A DNA stretch of 57,711 bases, from the IMG/VR virus record IMGVR_UViG_3300009506_000037, positions 1-57,711 of that record; one strand, 5' to 3'. Positions 29,401 to 37,221 of the stretch are shown in pieces (within the stretch, counting starts at the first letter, position 1; the number at the start of each line of letters is the position of its first letter). Made by a program: the position numbers and the translations under genes. Below the pieces are notes generated by a model. That model was not told where the DNA came from. It saw only the letters and a program-made list of their open reading frames with translations, and did not search any database. This DNA is from a virus. Its lineage: Duplodnaviria; Caudoviricetes.

Positions 29401-29506
29401 GAGCGACTACATCCTCGAAGTATTTCTGGCGGACTTTTTCTTTTGTCGCAGAATCGAGCTTCTGAAACCGCTCATCCTGCACCACTTCTGCCCAAGTTTT
29501 GGACAT
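20486..29506 (-). CDS. Giant (3006 aa) large polyvalent protein, probably virion-injected
   Basis: Inorganic-pyrophosphatase-like domain (IENPRG..R.G....W...M..PYG.I....GADG..VDVF), ParB-like EGRHR, ART-like YHGT..F..F, zincin motifs HELAH and HEMIGH, LPD38-like C-terminus. Confidence 0.85.
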   Translation of the reverse strand: MSKTWAEVVQDERFQKLDSATKEKVRQKYFEDVVAPRVQELQKQTGKPMSMDLVREKFDADTRYADFDYRQAQYEARPTGEVVDERLTRGMKQLESAKAMSGAADIASRYHGLREDYTDRMTAEDVPTGKYTSEGRPIVRNPDGSFSTERTITVTNPKINGGKPTNIPSMYNGKQVTQREAERIIIENGGVDPETGRKLEGFNSIDEAETSAKTRSASLAPQMPDVQRNQPLMRSAISARPGEPSDEAGRPLISETGKTMSSNPRVMGEALQRERDKIDRLLTISTKKGAEAAKIQTAPVAEEAFKANDFKTAWGYVKRDPVSFVGEVGTTSLPMMAEPLAKGSVAAALGGPWLGMLATGQGSYNVDFAAELQGALQRNGVDTNNIEAVRNALLDPQMYKQITKEARAHAAVVGLLDGLSFGLAGRTLVPKAVANVVARHVINVPVQTAVQGTMGAIGEGGGELAAGRPLEWGQILAEAAGEAITAPVDMVAASVGGIHEQRINTSRNRLKAAIDRLNKLAEENAPDSELQQATDAAGEAQQDYSRSVKEAFDIYEADQKTMKALEQDLGFSQLEKDNARPETAPDKVQSALENRAAERQVTGKEPTAMEAAFQQAEQKYGLNIAKAEEQTKANPQEPGVVNVQGLDIAIENPRGTVRTGSDKNGNVWDNTMENPYGHIKMTKGADGEEVDVFLGPNAENTDTVYVVDQKNPTTGKFDEHKAVLGVNSEEEARQVYMNNYSKDWKGLDSIVAMPIEEFKNWVQTGQKTEPVAAEYGLQEPKLSRGAQRTTEENIQMGQDKVGLTDDRIRNIFSEYAYPDGRVIAGMAYINPDDFVRATGNPRTIYGETGPLDTEELANEIQTPFLHISTEDGGIPKIVGHEGRHRMAALARAGIKEVPVVIKNVDAKYGTKTMGFTETYLQPQSYDQRNAEQPGKSPFISGLIDITYPNSEAIKQQFGEASQDVGVRMSRGNKAYYHGTNAEFDQFKTQEGVAGHFTRSRSVAKQHGKRVIKAKLDYKNPVTIMDEDWRTLRDKPELLKKLKRQGYDAAISDDTGDVIMFSPEGITIVPEKHAKSQADTLYRRTAKPRKFNAKGDLSGAPPGINSMQKRAGLVRRMLNILEDPLAQTPFTMEWYDRSGEAIRKAANGDRQTAENLVRLMSLYSQANQVGGNTTAAVKSIYEISRGNMEPEAGRFPNRTKKLVRGILEAPTMDVSVPGVDNKLMSFYMNLHDATFGTNYFDNASTQDRWMLRLFGYPESADGVRAGAGQYAFAHDLTIDITEAYNAKHGTSYLPREVQAGLWFYARNSDAAKKVKGKFVPPAPVDFATYLNRATESVTWEARPSVSSGMFPGIHTASTDEVVDFNQAMLDVITGRDGQDMVIEKLGAPLARTEQSMGSFELAVSPNMLTHIVAEKIEGAYDPQLADLYANIVGMIFTQDAVPWHRADPTLTGKKAAVGLQITADRPITDQMAMEFYDHSNQFLPGVEFTLVDGKLRFINFRNENGKPFLTSDKDFIDKMTKVVHTFTGFDIPEFTQFKAEGGYHSNDWTKATEGQEYAAKISELGRPDLLPWIRDRRQAAIEAGQTVARKYGWNTSYQGPLAAPVPLSRLNNPDAALTDVYGRFGAINPGKDSTDSLKIYNLDTLVDDPTLVENLLNDFGYQVKYFAFHEDPEAGVEFAIPKLKKQGYKDGVLWIYDPRVAHGSFKDTEYTRQWRIVHELAHGITEDIMQAKYGDGRREGRMGRTWVSKRGKPPKQIDFEVAPLTLAQAQRAVEWEDVTFRVQRMLMEELGIDVNPVDFAREYNTNISDALYRVLTGDFGDPGEFGFDPSGKLPEVKAILQMLESTEQDMARTQGRQPTKGVDLTSWKRTSREELQAAINAQRLNQPKMARKAAKRGMSVSKIYDSLRHIMNTWTNIPDIEVLDSFDQLPNHLQDFLRSQNAEDETDGLFDTNTGKVYMIADRIGSPEHAQRLLFHEMIGHYGLRQLLEPKQIEPLLLQIFNAEVNKPRLRSIAREYDLDLRTREGRLVAAEEFLAHEAEINPRASWVQRAISLVRQFLRKFFPSLKVTDTEITGLLGRMKLAVRAGRNKAMQEGRAMASRSKEGGNLSDGPFAVPRETLWRSLVRKLQDKYDRLRVIQELPDVTVDPETDAYLKEELYHGKVEYELEKFEDLYVKPLLQAVSESDITLDQLDEFLYAMHAPERNAHIQEINPTLREQGVMGSGMTDAEAEAIIQIAKNDGTYNEKMELAKLVYRINNARLKLLKKAGLEPQKNIDMWSEKYGHYVPLRGFYEEDGGLFQRIGRGFSIKGRESKRALGRRSRADSPIIYSILQMEETIIRAEKNTVGQAFLNFVRDNPNPDLWQVIENPEDVPTRPVYDERTAEVAYRRDPFFKLADDVMSVKIDGQEKYIKIKDPLLARAMTNVGVEKAGAIVQTLAAFNRFLAAVNTAYNPEFVISNAARDIQTALINLQARTEVDPSELAKRMIKDIPSSVKGIYQGLRNPEHGSEWVQWFRRFSESGGKIGFFGLETIESKRARLNNDIRMLEGDNYAKVLRVVKGVKDYVMDVNASVENAARLAVFKNAIEMGMSDQQAATIAKNLTVNFNRKGELGTLANALYLFYNASVQGTATMWKAAKSPRVQKVLAGIAVAAFGLTELNRLMAGIDKDGENCYDKIPDWIKRRNLIVMNPLGECQDRFQFPLPYGYNVPHVVGMSISDAIHAPPEKLGKVAVNIAVTLIDSFNPIGNSDSDYMEVMLAKMISPTITDPIVDLATNENFMGSPIMPDQPAFGPQIPDSQRYWSSVNPATKWFAEQLNSLTGGSKYESGLIDISPETMDHWINFVTGGAGAFISRMGVEYPTLMYNKLAYGDEIPYNKVPFARKVIGERTEWDVPRAFYDQRTEVEQITKAHQKMKKEVASKEDALLVRDFERNNYELIWMGEHQMKRFNEQIKKLNTEIHYLQNKEDMPKRVKHDRIKALKARREKVMQEFSRIYNKMKKKRYERLSK

Positions 29507-29518
29507 GACCTACTCCTG

Positions 29519-30346
29519 TTACCAGAGATTGCCCCATGTAGCCGGGTCATCCGGAATAATCGGTTTTGATTCTTGTGCTACGCCACCTGCGCCACCAGCG
29601 TCCGCGCCCGGTGCGGGTACCGGTGCCGGGGTCCCGTCATCAATACCGTACATGGACTTGCCGACGGCCTTTTGTGCGTCGATTACCATTTCCTTCGCTT
29701 TTGCCCACAGCTGATCTTCTGTCATTTTGTCAGGGGCATCGAACATCTTGGCCTCATTAGCCTTAGCCAGAGTAGCATAAACCCGGGCGGTAGCTGCAGC
29801 GGGATTGGTCTTCGACATGTTCAGAATGTAAGCGGCTTTCTTCCGGTCCCCGAAGATTTCCGTGTACCGGTCCAGCAACTGGATGGAAGCCGGAGCCTGC
29901 CCACTCTTTCCGGTGGCGTCAGTCCAGCGTACGCCGGCGATCGCCGCCAGCATCTTGTCCTTGGCTTCGCCCGGGATTTCTTCCCCATTCGGGCCGACCT
30001 CGGTCCAGCGCACAATCCCGGTCTTCTGGTTGTAGTTCAGGCTGCCCGGTTTGATTTTCTGGCTACCACGGGAATTCCATGCAGCTTCGGCGTCGCTTAA
30101 GCGACCCGACAGAAGGAGCTTGGTGGCTTCGGTCATCCCTTCGGCGGCAGCCTTGCGACGCATCGCGTCCAGCTGCTGTTTGCGGGCTTCCATGGTTACG
30201 CCATGCAGGTCGGTGGTGCGCTGCTCTTGTGCTTGAGCACGTTGTTCCTGCGCATCGTAACGGCGCTGGCCTTCGGCCTCCTTCTCGGCGCCACGAATAC
30301 CGGCGGTCACGTCGGCTGCGGCTTGTCCCAGTCCATACTGTGCCAT
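29519..30346 (-). CDS. Putative internal virion/ejection protein
   Basis: Ala/Gln-rich; position upstream of the giant protein. Confidence 0.6.
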   Translation of the reverse strand: MAQYGLGQAAADVTAGIRGAEKEAEGQRRYDAQEQRAQAQEQRTTDLHGVTMEARKQQLDAMRRKAAAEGMTEATKLLLSGRLSDAEAAWNSRGSQKIKPGSLNYNQKTGIVRWTEVGPNGEEIPGEAKDKMLAAIAGVRWTDATGKSGQAPASIQLLDRYTEIFGDRKKAAYILNMSKTNPAAATARVYATLAKANEAKMFDAPDKMTEDQLWAKAKEMVIDAQKAVGKSMYGIDDGTPAPVPAPGADAGGAGGVAQESKPIIPDDPATWGNLW

Positions 30347-30360
30347 GTCAGTTCTCCTGA

Positions 30361-31149
30361 TTAATAATTGAGGCCGTAATTCTGCTCGGCCAGCTGCAGA
30401 TCCTGCTGGGATCCGGTGTCGACACCAGAGATACCGCTGACATTTTGGCCAGTGTTGTCTCCGTAGCTGTCAACTGCCCGGCCTGCCCAGTACCCGGCGG
30501 CGCCCATGGCGTTGCCTGCTTGCATTCCGTACTGAGTCGCTTGTTCTCCGTAGGTCTTAGCCTGCTCCCCATAGGTCTGTCCGGCCTGACCCAGCGTGGA
30601 GGTAGCGGTTGCCGGCAAGCCACGCCCCAGACTGGATGCGGCGATCTTTCGCGCCCACATCTTATCGTCTTCCTGTTGTCGGGCGGCGTTTCGTGCCCCG
30701 ACCTCTGCCTTGGCCCGGTCCAGCTCGGTGACCCGACGCATGTCGGAGTAACGACCGGATGACGGGTCCAGACCATAACGTCCCGCTGCGCGGGCCGTGG
30801 CGGCTTCACTCTGAGCGAATGCCTTGTTGACATCCGATGTTGCCCAGCCTTCAGCCTTGGCGTAGTCAGGCGCCTGCTGCGCTTCAGCGACAATCTGGTC
30901 TTCAAGTGGCGCATAAACATCCAAGAACCGTTGCCATTGCTCATCGGCGATATTCTGTTGCTTCTCAGCGACCGCGGTTTGCCGGTCCATGTATTGTCCC
31001 TGCTGGGCCTGCGCCGACTTACTGGCATCGGAGGCCTGCTTCGCCCCGATCAGTGAGAGAGCCCCACCAATTACGGCGCCCCAGAACCCGAACTCAATCA
31101 GCGTATGAGGAAAGATCAGGTACTGAAACAGTTTCTTTGTGGTCAACAT
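30361..31149 (-). CDS. Putative DNA pilot/ejection protein
   Basis: Gly/Ala/Gln-rich; GAVIGGALSLIGA..ASDAS N-terminus. Confidence 0.65.
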   Translation of the reverse strand: MLTTKKLFQYLIFPHTLIEFGFWGAVIGGALSLIGAKQASDASKSAQAQQGQYMDRQTAVAEKQQNIADEQWQRFLDVYAPLEDQIVAEAQQAPDYAKAEGWATSDVNKAFAQSEAATARAAGRYGLDPSSGRYSDMRRVTELDRAKAEVGARNAARQQEDDKMWARKIAASSLGRGLPATATSTLGQAGQTYGEQAKTYGEQATQYGMQAGNAMGAAGYWAGRAVDSYGDNTGQNVSGISGVDTGSQQDLQLAEQNYGLNY

Positions 31150-31157
31150 TGCGCTTC

Positions 31158-31352
31158 CTACCTTGGGATATCTGTTTCATTAATTAAACCCAGATCGACG
31201 AGGTCCTGATACGTCACTACCGCATCAGTCTTCCTGCCGGTCACTTTCCTCTCTCCTCGCCAGACCTCGAGCGTTTCTTTTATCGGGTCCAGAATATCTT
31301 TCTGTGGAGTACCAAGCGGTATCTCCGGTATCGATGGCAGCTTAAGGGCCAT
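31158..31352 (-). CDS. Small virion-module protein
   Basis: IKETLEV..G.R....AV...DL..LGL pattern following tail tube genes. Confidence 0.6.
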   Translation of the reverse strand: MALKLPSIPEIPLGTPQKDILDPIKETLEVWRGERKVTGRKTDAVVTYQDLVDLGLINETDIPR

Positions 31353-33381
31353 TGTCCATTAACTCCCTGATTGAGGTCGCCAGTGTCACGGTCTGAATCG
31401 GGTAGATCCCTGACAGTTCGACCTCGTATTCGTCGTATCGCGTAATCGACGGCAGCCTCAGCGGCAGATTATTCGATACAGTAACATTATGAATGAGGTT
31501 ACCATTCCCGTATACCTTCAAGATGTATTCTGCTGACTGCGGAATATCCGGCAGCAGGTACAGCTCGTCACCATTCACTGGCAGCGTATTGATCGCGGTG
31601 GCATTGATGGCACCATTCACCTCACCGGCGGCGATCTTGTCGGCGTTTAAGCCGCTCAGGTAGGCGCGCTCAGCGTTGATGGCGTCAATTTCAGCCTGTG
31701 TCAGGGCGGCATCGAAAGTAGCGTATATCCGGGCCGCCGTGAATTTCATCTTGGTCGGCAGCTTGAAGACCTTCGACCGCCATGTGTACACCAGCCGGCT
31801 ACCGCCGCTATTGAATTTCTTGATGTTGGTCTGATTCGTCGCCGCGTCGTAGATGGCGAAATACATCAGGTCCGTTTCAGGATCCACCCAGACCGCCACC
31901 ACGGAATACTGCAGCGTGGTCGGGCCAGACAGCTCCGGGTCGAACACCATGCCAATGTCGCTGTTTTCGAAGAAGATTACATACTTTTCGTCATACTGTT
32001 CCGCAACCGTGGCCAATGGGGTCAGGTCCTGCCACTCTTCCCGGGTAAACAGCTTGTCAGTGATCAGCTTGGTGCCGCTCTGGCCAACGTAGAACAGGCC
32101 ATCTGGGCAGGCATAGGTCACCCCGTCCCCCATGTTGACCATGCTCCGCTTGGAGATACAGGGCTGGCGATGCGGGATCTTGATAACCGACATCGACCCC
32201 GGCGTCAGACCGGTAACAAGGTACGGGTTTGACGTGGTGGTCACGACCAGAGAACTACCGAAAGACTTGATGGCGACAATGTCATACGGGAAGGTTAGGC
32301 GGTACTTGCTGGGCCACGCATACGGAAGGTACGGCTCGCTGAACATGACCTCGTTTCCGTAGAATCCGGCCATGATGCCGTTCGCCATTGAGTCCAGCCC
32401 AATCATATTGGTATCAGGCGGCGCCCAGTCTGTCGTGATCAGCGCCTCACCGAGACTGCCATTGGCGATGGCGTCATTATACTGCGGGGTGGATCCGTTG
32501 ATGGTCACCTCGGCAACGAACAAATATTCTGCCCCGGTCACACCAGATGACACGCGGTAAATGCGCCATTTTGTGATGTTCTTGTAATATCCGACCCACG
32601 TCTGGTCCATGGTGGTCAGGTCCACGGAACCGGTGGAGAAGTCGGCGGCCACGATATTGGATACCGGGCTCGGTGCGCTTTCCTCGCCCCACTCGTTGAC
32701 GAAGGTGTACACGTAAGCGGTGTTGACTGGGGTGGTATGGGTACCGCTCAGCGCAGCAGTAGGTGCCGTGGTTGGCGTCGGTACGCCAGCAAGGTAAGAC
32801 TCGGTCGGGTATTCGGCCGCATTCCGGGACCATGTGCCACCACTGGTGTATGCGGTATACGTGGTGCCATCTTCATTATCAAGGGTGAAGTTGTCTTCAT
32901 CCACATAGGTAATCGTGAACCAGCGCCCATTGAGCTCTGTCATTCCGACAATCCCGGAAATATAGACATGGCACCCGGTGTACAGGCCGTGCTTGGCGCT
33001 GGTGATCTTTACCGGGTTAGTGGTGGTGGCGGCGGTAATGCTGCCAGTTCGTGTAGCCGCATTAACCAGCGTATTATCAGTAACGCGCATCCCCGGGGCC
33101 AGCCCGGTAAAATAGGTACGCTCAGTCAGGTCGCCGGCAATCGGGGTCTTTTCGATGTCCAGTTCCTGATTCCACTGCAGCCAGTACCCGGCAAGGTTGT
33201 AGATGGAACGGACTTCGCCAGTGATAGCGAGTGTGGTTTCTTGGGAGTTATTTTTCCAAGAATGCAGGGCGCCAGACGTCAGCTTGCAATTTTCTGCCAG
33301 CTGCGCCTGATTCGAATTGAGGTACTGCGGGTCTACCTTCGGAGCAATCCCGCTAAACCCCCTCACCTTTATCACTGCCAT
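31342..33381 (-). CDS. Podovirus tail nozzle/stabilisation protein with inserted FCCH-like domain
   Basis: F.GIAP...A..A.N; FSEPYLPYAWP; C.SKRS; TWRSK.F; HGL..G..V.ISGI.GMTELNG. Confidence 0.8.
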   Translation of the reverse strand: MAVIKVRGFSGIAPKVDPQYLNSNQAQLAENCKLTSGALHSWKNNSQETTLAITGEVRSIYNLAGYWLQWNQELDIEKTPIAGDLTERTYFTGLAPGMRVTDNTLVNAATRTGSITAATTTNPVKITSAKHGLYTGCHVYISGIVGMTELNGRWFTITYVDEDNFTLDNEDGTTYTAYTSGGTWSRNAAEYPTESYLAGVPTPTTAPTAALSGTHTTPVNTAYVYTFVNEWGEESAPSPVSNIVAADFSTGSVDLTTMDQTWVGYYKNITKWRIYRVSSGVTGAEYLFVAEVTINGSTPQYNDAIANGSLGEALITTDWAPPDTNMIGLDSMANGIMAGFYGNEVMFSEPYLPYAWPSKYRLTFPYDIVAIKSFGSSLVVTTTSNPYLVTGLTPGSMSVIKIPHRQPCISKRSMVNMGDGVTYACPDGLFYVGQSGTKLITDKLFTREEWQDLTPLATVAEQYDEKYVIFFENSDIGMVFDPELSGPTTLQYSVVAVWVDPETDLMYFAIYDAATNQTNIKKFNSGGSRLVYTWRSKVFKLPTKMKFTAARIYATFDAALTQAEIDAINAERAYLSGLNADKIAAGEVNGAINATAINTLPVNGDELYLLPDIPQSAEYILKVYGNGNLIHNVTVSNNLPLRLPSITRYDEYEVELSGIYPIQTVTLATSIRELMDNGP

Positions 33382-33685
33382 CTTTTGTCAGCGCCTTCTT
33401 AATAGATTCGTTGCCGATCATCAGGCCGTCCCCGATAACCGCTGCCAATTTGGTGACGTTATCCGATACCTGATCCCGCATCGCGCTAATTTCTTCAGCG
33501 GGACGGTTGGCCGCCCTGATCACTTCTGTCAGGAACACAGGCAATGCCGCCTTGCCGCATTGCTTCTGCACCCGCTCTTCCCCGGTCTGGAGGTTCGTTT
33601 GGACAAACTCCCACCACCACGGGCACCCGTTCTCATCATTTGATTTCGGGCATTTATGGCACTTCTCCGCATTCTTGTAGATCAT
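33353..33685 (-). CDS. Cys-containing hypothetical protein
   Basis: CHKC...CPWW...CG. Confidence 0.65.
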   Translation of the reverse strand: MIYKNAEKCHKCPKSNDENGCPWWWEFVQTNLQTGEERVQKQCGKAALPVFLTEVIRAANRPAEEISAMRDQVSDNVTKLAAVIGDGLMIGNESIKKALTKDGSDKGEGV

Positions 33686-34263
33686 GCGCTTTTCCTCTCT
33701 CTCGATTCCCACTCTTCAACTGGCACATGCAGGCGATAAATCCACATATACCGATTCTTTGTGCCAGTATTCTCTGACACCCGGTGACGATTCAGGCATG
33801 GGTTATAGGCATGCAGGTCGCCCTCATCACAAACCCGGTCGGTATCATTTAATTCCAGAATACCGCCGCCACCAGAGTCCTGAATCAGGATATTAAATGT
33901 CACGATATCTTCACCGGGATCCTGATGCAGGTAGGTGTCTCCACCGGGCATGGTCGCCACAGCAATCATGCCATCTTTGGCTCCGTACCCGGGGTTCGTG
34001 ACCTGATGTCTCTTGTCCTGATAGCCGTATAAATATTTGATTCTGTTAAAAACATCATACGCGACTGGCGGAAAATCCATATCGCTCCAGTCTGCATTGC
34101 GCCGGGTTGTCTTCCTGAAAGTTGCATCCTGTGTCCGCCCATTAATTTTGGTTATCCCATCGACGAGATTCTTGCCGTCACGCAGGCTCGCCTCGAACCA
34201 GCTCAGAAACTGCAATCGTTCATCTTCGGTAATAAATCCCTTAATCAGGTCAAACCGGCACAT
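33682..34263 (-). CDS. 2OG-Fe(II) oxygenase-like protein
   Basis: HQD...H.V......R facial triad pattern. Confidence 0.7.
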   Translation of the reverse strand: MCRFDLIKGFITEDERLQFLSWFEASLRDGKNLVDGITKINGRTQDATFRKTTRRNADWSDMDFPPVAYDVFNRIKYLYGYQDKRHQVTNPGYGAKDGMIAVATMPGGDTYLHQDPGEDIVTFNILIQDSGGGGILELNDTDRVCDEGDLHAYNPCLNRHRVSENTGTKNRYMWIYRLHVPVEEWESRERKSA

Positions 34264-34265
34264 TG

Positions 34266-34829
34266 TTATACCTTCAGTTTTTTCACCACGAACTGCCGTT
34301 CACGTGGGGCATCACTTCCCCATGCCAGACGCCGCAATTCCGCTGGGTCCGCATTCGGGTCGAATGGCAGCGGGACGCCATCAATGAACTCAGGGATTTC
34401 CCCATTCTCGTCACGTATAGCCCAGACACAAAACTGCGTGGTGCCATCTTCCAGCGCCACGAAGGAATGCTCCAGACCCTTATGTACCGGGATAAACTGG
34501 CCGGCATGATAGACCTGCGGTTCCTGTCCCTCGATGTACGCCATCACCGACCCATGTCCAATCAGGCTCTGGTGGTGGTGATGGTGGGTATGGGTTTCCA
34601 TCTGGTCCCCGGCCTTCTTATAAATATGACCGTGCACCCAGACATTACCGTAGACACCGCTCAGCCCGGTCAGGCTGACATTCCGGGCCTCGATAAACTG
34701 CGCAGCCTCAACCAGCTGTTCCGGTGTCAGGTCCGGGTTGCTGACCGCGGCCCCCAACATAACCATCCGCAGAGAGAACGGCATATCTGGGGTGACCAGC
34801 AGGTCATACAGGTCTTCTTTCCTGCTCAT
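34266..34829 (-). CDS. Cupin-domain protein
   Basis: G....HTHHHHH.S....G.V...FI.V..G.EH.F.ALED.T..FCV. Confidence 0.7.
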   Translation of the reverse strand: MSRKEDLYDLLVTPDMPFSLRMVMLGAAVSNPDLTPEQLVEAAQFIEARNVSLTGLSGVYGNVWVHGHIYKKAGDQMETHTHHHHHQSLIGHGSVMAYIEGQEPQVYHAGQFIPVHKGLEHSFVALEDGTTQFCVWAIRDENGEIPEFIDGVPLPFDPNADPAELRRLAWGSDAPRERQFVVKKLKV

Positions 34830-35146
34830 CAGACTACCTCGGTCCAGACTGGCAGGGTCTCACCAATCTGCAGAGGATGGCCAAACGAGATGACGTCCTT
34901 CTTGGATCCCTGCAGCCATGACCATGCCGCCGCCTTGACGGAATCGTACACATTCGCTGCTGCGGCCGCTGAGGCCAGCTGAGCAAATTCTGCCGGGGTC
35001 GTAATGAAGGTCATCCGCTCAATACCGAACGTGGCCTTGTTGGTTTTGGCGATATCGACGGTAATATTTTGCTCCATCAGGTCGATGTTGATGGCGGTCA
35101 CGGCTACATGGAAATCATCCGCGCCGACTGTGAACTGGTAAGCCAT
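34829..35146 (-). CDS. Hypothetical tail-associated protein
   Basis: Follows tail fibre gene; RBS AGGAG. Confidence 0.6.
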   Translation of the reverse strand: MAYQFTVGADDFHVAVTAINIDLMEQNITVDIAKTNKATFGIERMTFITTPAEFAQLASAAAAANVYDSVKAAAWSWLQGSKKDVISFGHPLQIGETLPVWTEVV

Positions 35147-35162
35147 TGTTTTATCTCCTTAA

Positions 35163-35948
35163 TTAATCTTTGCTGCACGCAATGACATCAACGTAAGCCG
35201 GACGCCATGCGCTACCAATGGTCATGGTATGGCTATGACCACCACCACTACCAGCATTATTCACCGTAATGGTATGGGTATGAGCCCCGGCATTGGACAT
35301 ATCCGTGCCGGGGTCAACAACACTCACCGTGCTGATCAAGTCAGTCATCTGGATGAAGGTATCAGAGGTCTTACCTGAGCTATTCCGCTTCGCAACATTG
35401 TGCCGGTGAGACCCATCGGATGACGTACTGGCAACGTGAGTATGGACCGGCATTTCCGCGGACGTCAGGGTATGACTGTCGACACTGATGCCGCTGATGG
35501 TCCAGCTACCCCCGGTGCCGGCGCCGGCGCTATTAACCACACGCAACACCTTATCGTTGAGCGTGGTGTCCTGCGTCCAGCCCTGCGGCGCCGCGGCTTG
35601 CGGGAAGATCATCTTGGTCGTGGACGGGATGTTGTCATAGCTCTGCATGAAGGAGTTCAGCACCCCTTGGGTAACGCGCAGCTCGATGGAATCCCCGGCC
35701 GCAAAGGCCCGCTGGGTGGTACTCTCTTGCCCACGGGTCACCGTCAGGGTGTCCCCGGTTCGCGACGTACAGTACGCGATTTCGAGGTTCCCGGCGGAGT
35801 CCTTCAGTGTGACAGGGAATTGCTGTCCAGCTGCCGGGCTCGGAAACAGTGCGCCATCCCCAGTATTGAGGAAGATCGAGGTCGCCGTGCTGGTGATGCC
35901 AGAGGCAAGCGTGGATGACCCATTATTGGCAAATAGGAACTTCGGCAT
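35163..35948 (-). CDS. Tail fibre protein
   Basis: F.NN..S.LA..I...; RGQE.T; collar-like F.QAAAP.GW; repeated H.H motifs. Confidence 0.8.
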   Translation of the reverse strand: MPKFLFANNGSSTLASGITSTATSIFLNTGDGALFPSPAAGQQFPVTLKDSAGNLEIAYCTSRTGDTLTVTRGQESTTQRAFAAGDSIELRVTQGVLNSFMQSYDNIPSTTKMIFPQAAAPQGWTQDTTLNDKVLRVVNSAGAGTGGSWTISGISVDSHTLTSAEMPVHTHVASTSSDGSHRHNVAKRNSSGKTSDTFIQMTDLISTVSVVDPGTDMSNAGAHTHTITVNNAGSGGGHSHTMTIGSAWRPAYVDVIACSKD

Positions 35949-35956
35949 GTGTCACC

Positions 35957-36406
35957 TCAGGTTACAGTGATATCCCAGTCGATTGACAGGGTGTCGCCGG
36001 CCGCCTTGTTGACCACGGAGAAAGTAACCCGTGACAGCAGGGTGCCGCCGGTGACGTTATTGAAAATACCGGCCTCGACAATGGCGCCAGTCCCTGTGCC
36101 AGCCCCGAAGGTAGCAGAGAAGGTGACAACTGCTCCGGCGCGTACCGTGCCGCTGAGGGATACGCGAGCCGCCTCAGCGCCAAGCGTGGTATCGCCTACG
36201 GCGGGGGCCGTGCTGCTGGTCCCAATGGCCATGTGGCTCATCTTGGCCAGCGAGCTGACGTCGTCCATCTGGTCGGCGACCCATTGCTTTCCGGCGGTCA
36301 CCACAAGGTTGGGGATAGTGAACTTGCCCTTGACCTTGCCATCCTTGTCACGGTGCGTGACGTGCACGGTGCCCTTGATCTTGATGTCTTCTTTGATCTT
36401 GCTCAT
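35957..36406 (-). CDS. Tail/baseplate structural protein
   Basis: NLVVTAG...MAIGT...EAGIFN...L.I.W.IT. Confidence 0.75.
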   Translation of the reverse strand: MSKIKEDIKIKGTVHVTHRDKDGKVKGKFTIPNLVVTAGKQWVADQMDDVSSLAKMSHMAIGTSSTAPAVGDTTLGAEAARVSLSGTVRAGAVVTFSATFGAGTGTGAIVEAGIFNNVTGGTLLSRVTFSVVNKAAGDTLSIDWDITVT

Positions 36407-37221
36407 ATTACATATACCTCAGCGATTTCGCCGTTGACTGCTTTTGTATTGATACTAGAGCCATTCAGGGCCCCGCTTCCTACCTGCTGCAGCACCATCA
36501 ACAGGCCTTCACTAAATGCCACAGTGTCGCCAGAGATGGGCTTATTAATCGTTTTGTAGATCCCTTCACTCAGCACGAACGATTCACTGATCGCCTTGTT
36601 GACGCTGAAGGTCTGGGCCTCAGTAAACGACACTGAATCCGAAGCCGCTTTCGTGAATGTCTTGTGCAAAACATCGTTACCGACCGAGAAACTATCTGCG
36701 AACGGTTTGTTAACGGTCTTGTAAACGACGTCGGTTATACCAAACGAGTCAGCCAGCGGCTTATTCATATTCATCACCAATGACTCACTGAACCCGATAC
36801 TGTCCGTCAGCGCCTTGCCAAAGCTGAACACAGTGGCTTCCGTAAAGCCGACACTGTCACCAGTAATCGACTTGTTCAGCGTCAAATAGGCCTGATCCGA
36901 GAGCGGTACATCATCTGCCAGCGCCTTGTTGAAGTTGAATGTCAGCGACTCCAAGAAGGCGATGACATCATCCGGCTTCACCCGCAGCGCGTTCTTCAGG
37001 TACAGGTCCTGTACCGTCAGTTTGCGATAGTTAATGTCAGCATACAGGCGGGTGTATCCCACCAGCCGGCGCGCATTCGGGACCACGGCGTACACCGCCC
37101 GCGGGTTGCGGTAAGTCACGAACGGCCGCGGATCCACGGTCGTCGCCACAACCGGAATAACGTCTGTTGCCAGAGGTTTCCGGTAGGTGATGACAGCCTT
37201 AAGCAGCCTGCTAGAACTCAT
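36403..37221 (-). CDS. Repetitive structural protein (~19-aa K.L.DS..F.E repeats)
   Basis: NKALADD, NKSITGDS, GKALTDS, NKPLADS, NKPFADS repeats. Confidence 0.65.
   Translation of the reverse strand: MSSSRLLKAVITYRKPLATDVIPVVATTVDPRPFVTYRNPRAVYAVVPNARRLVGYTRLYADINYRKLTVQDLYLKNALRVKPDDVIAFLESLTFNFNKALADDVPLSDQAYLTLNKSITGDSVGFTEATVFSFGKALTDSIGFSESLVMNMNKPLADSFGITDVVYKTVNKPFADSFSVGNDVLHKTFTKAASDSVSFTEAQTFSVNKAISESFVLSEGIYKTINKPISGDTVAFSEGLLMVLQQVGSGALNGSSINTKAVNGEIAEVYVI

Noticed and set aside
35163-35948. Diversity-generating retroelement targeting the tail fibre
   Set aside because: No reverse transcriptase and no template/variable repeat pair seen
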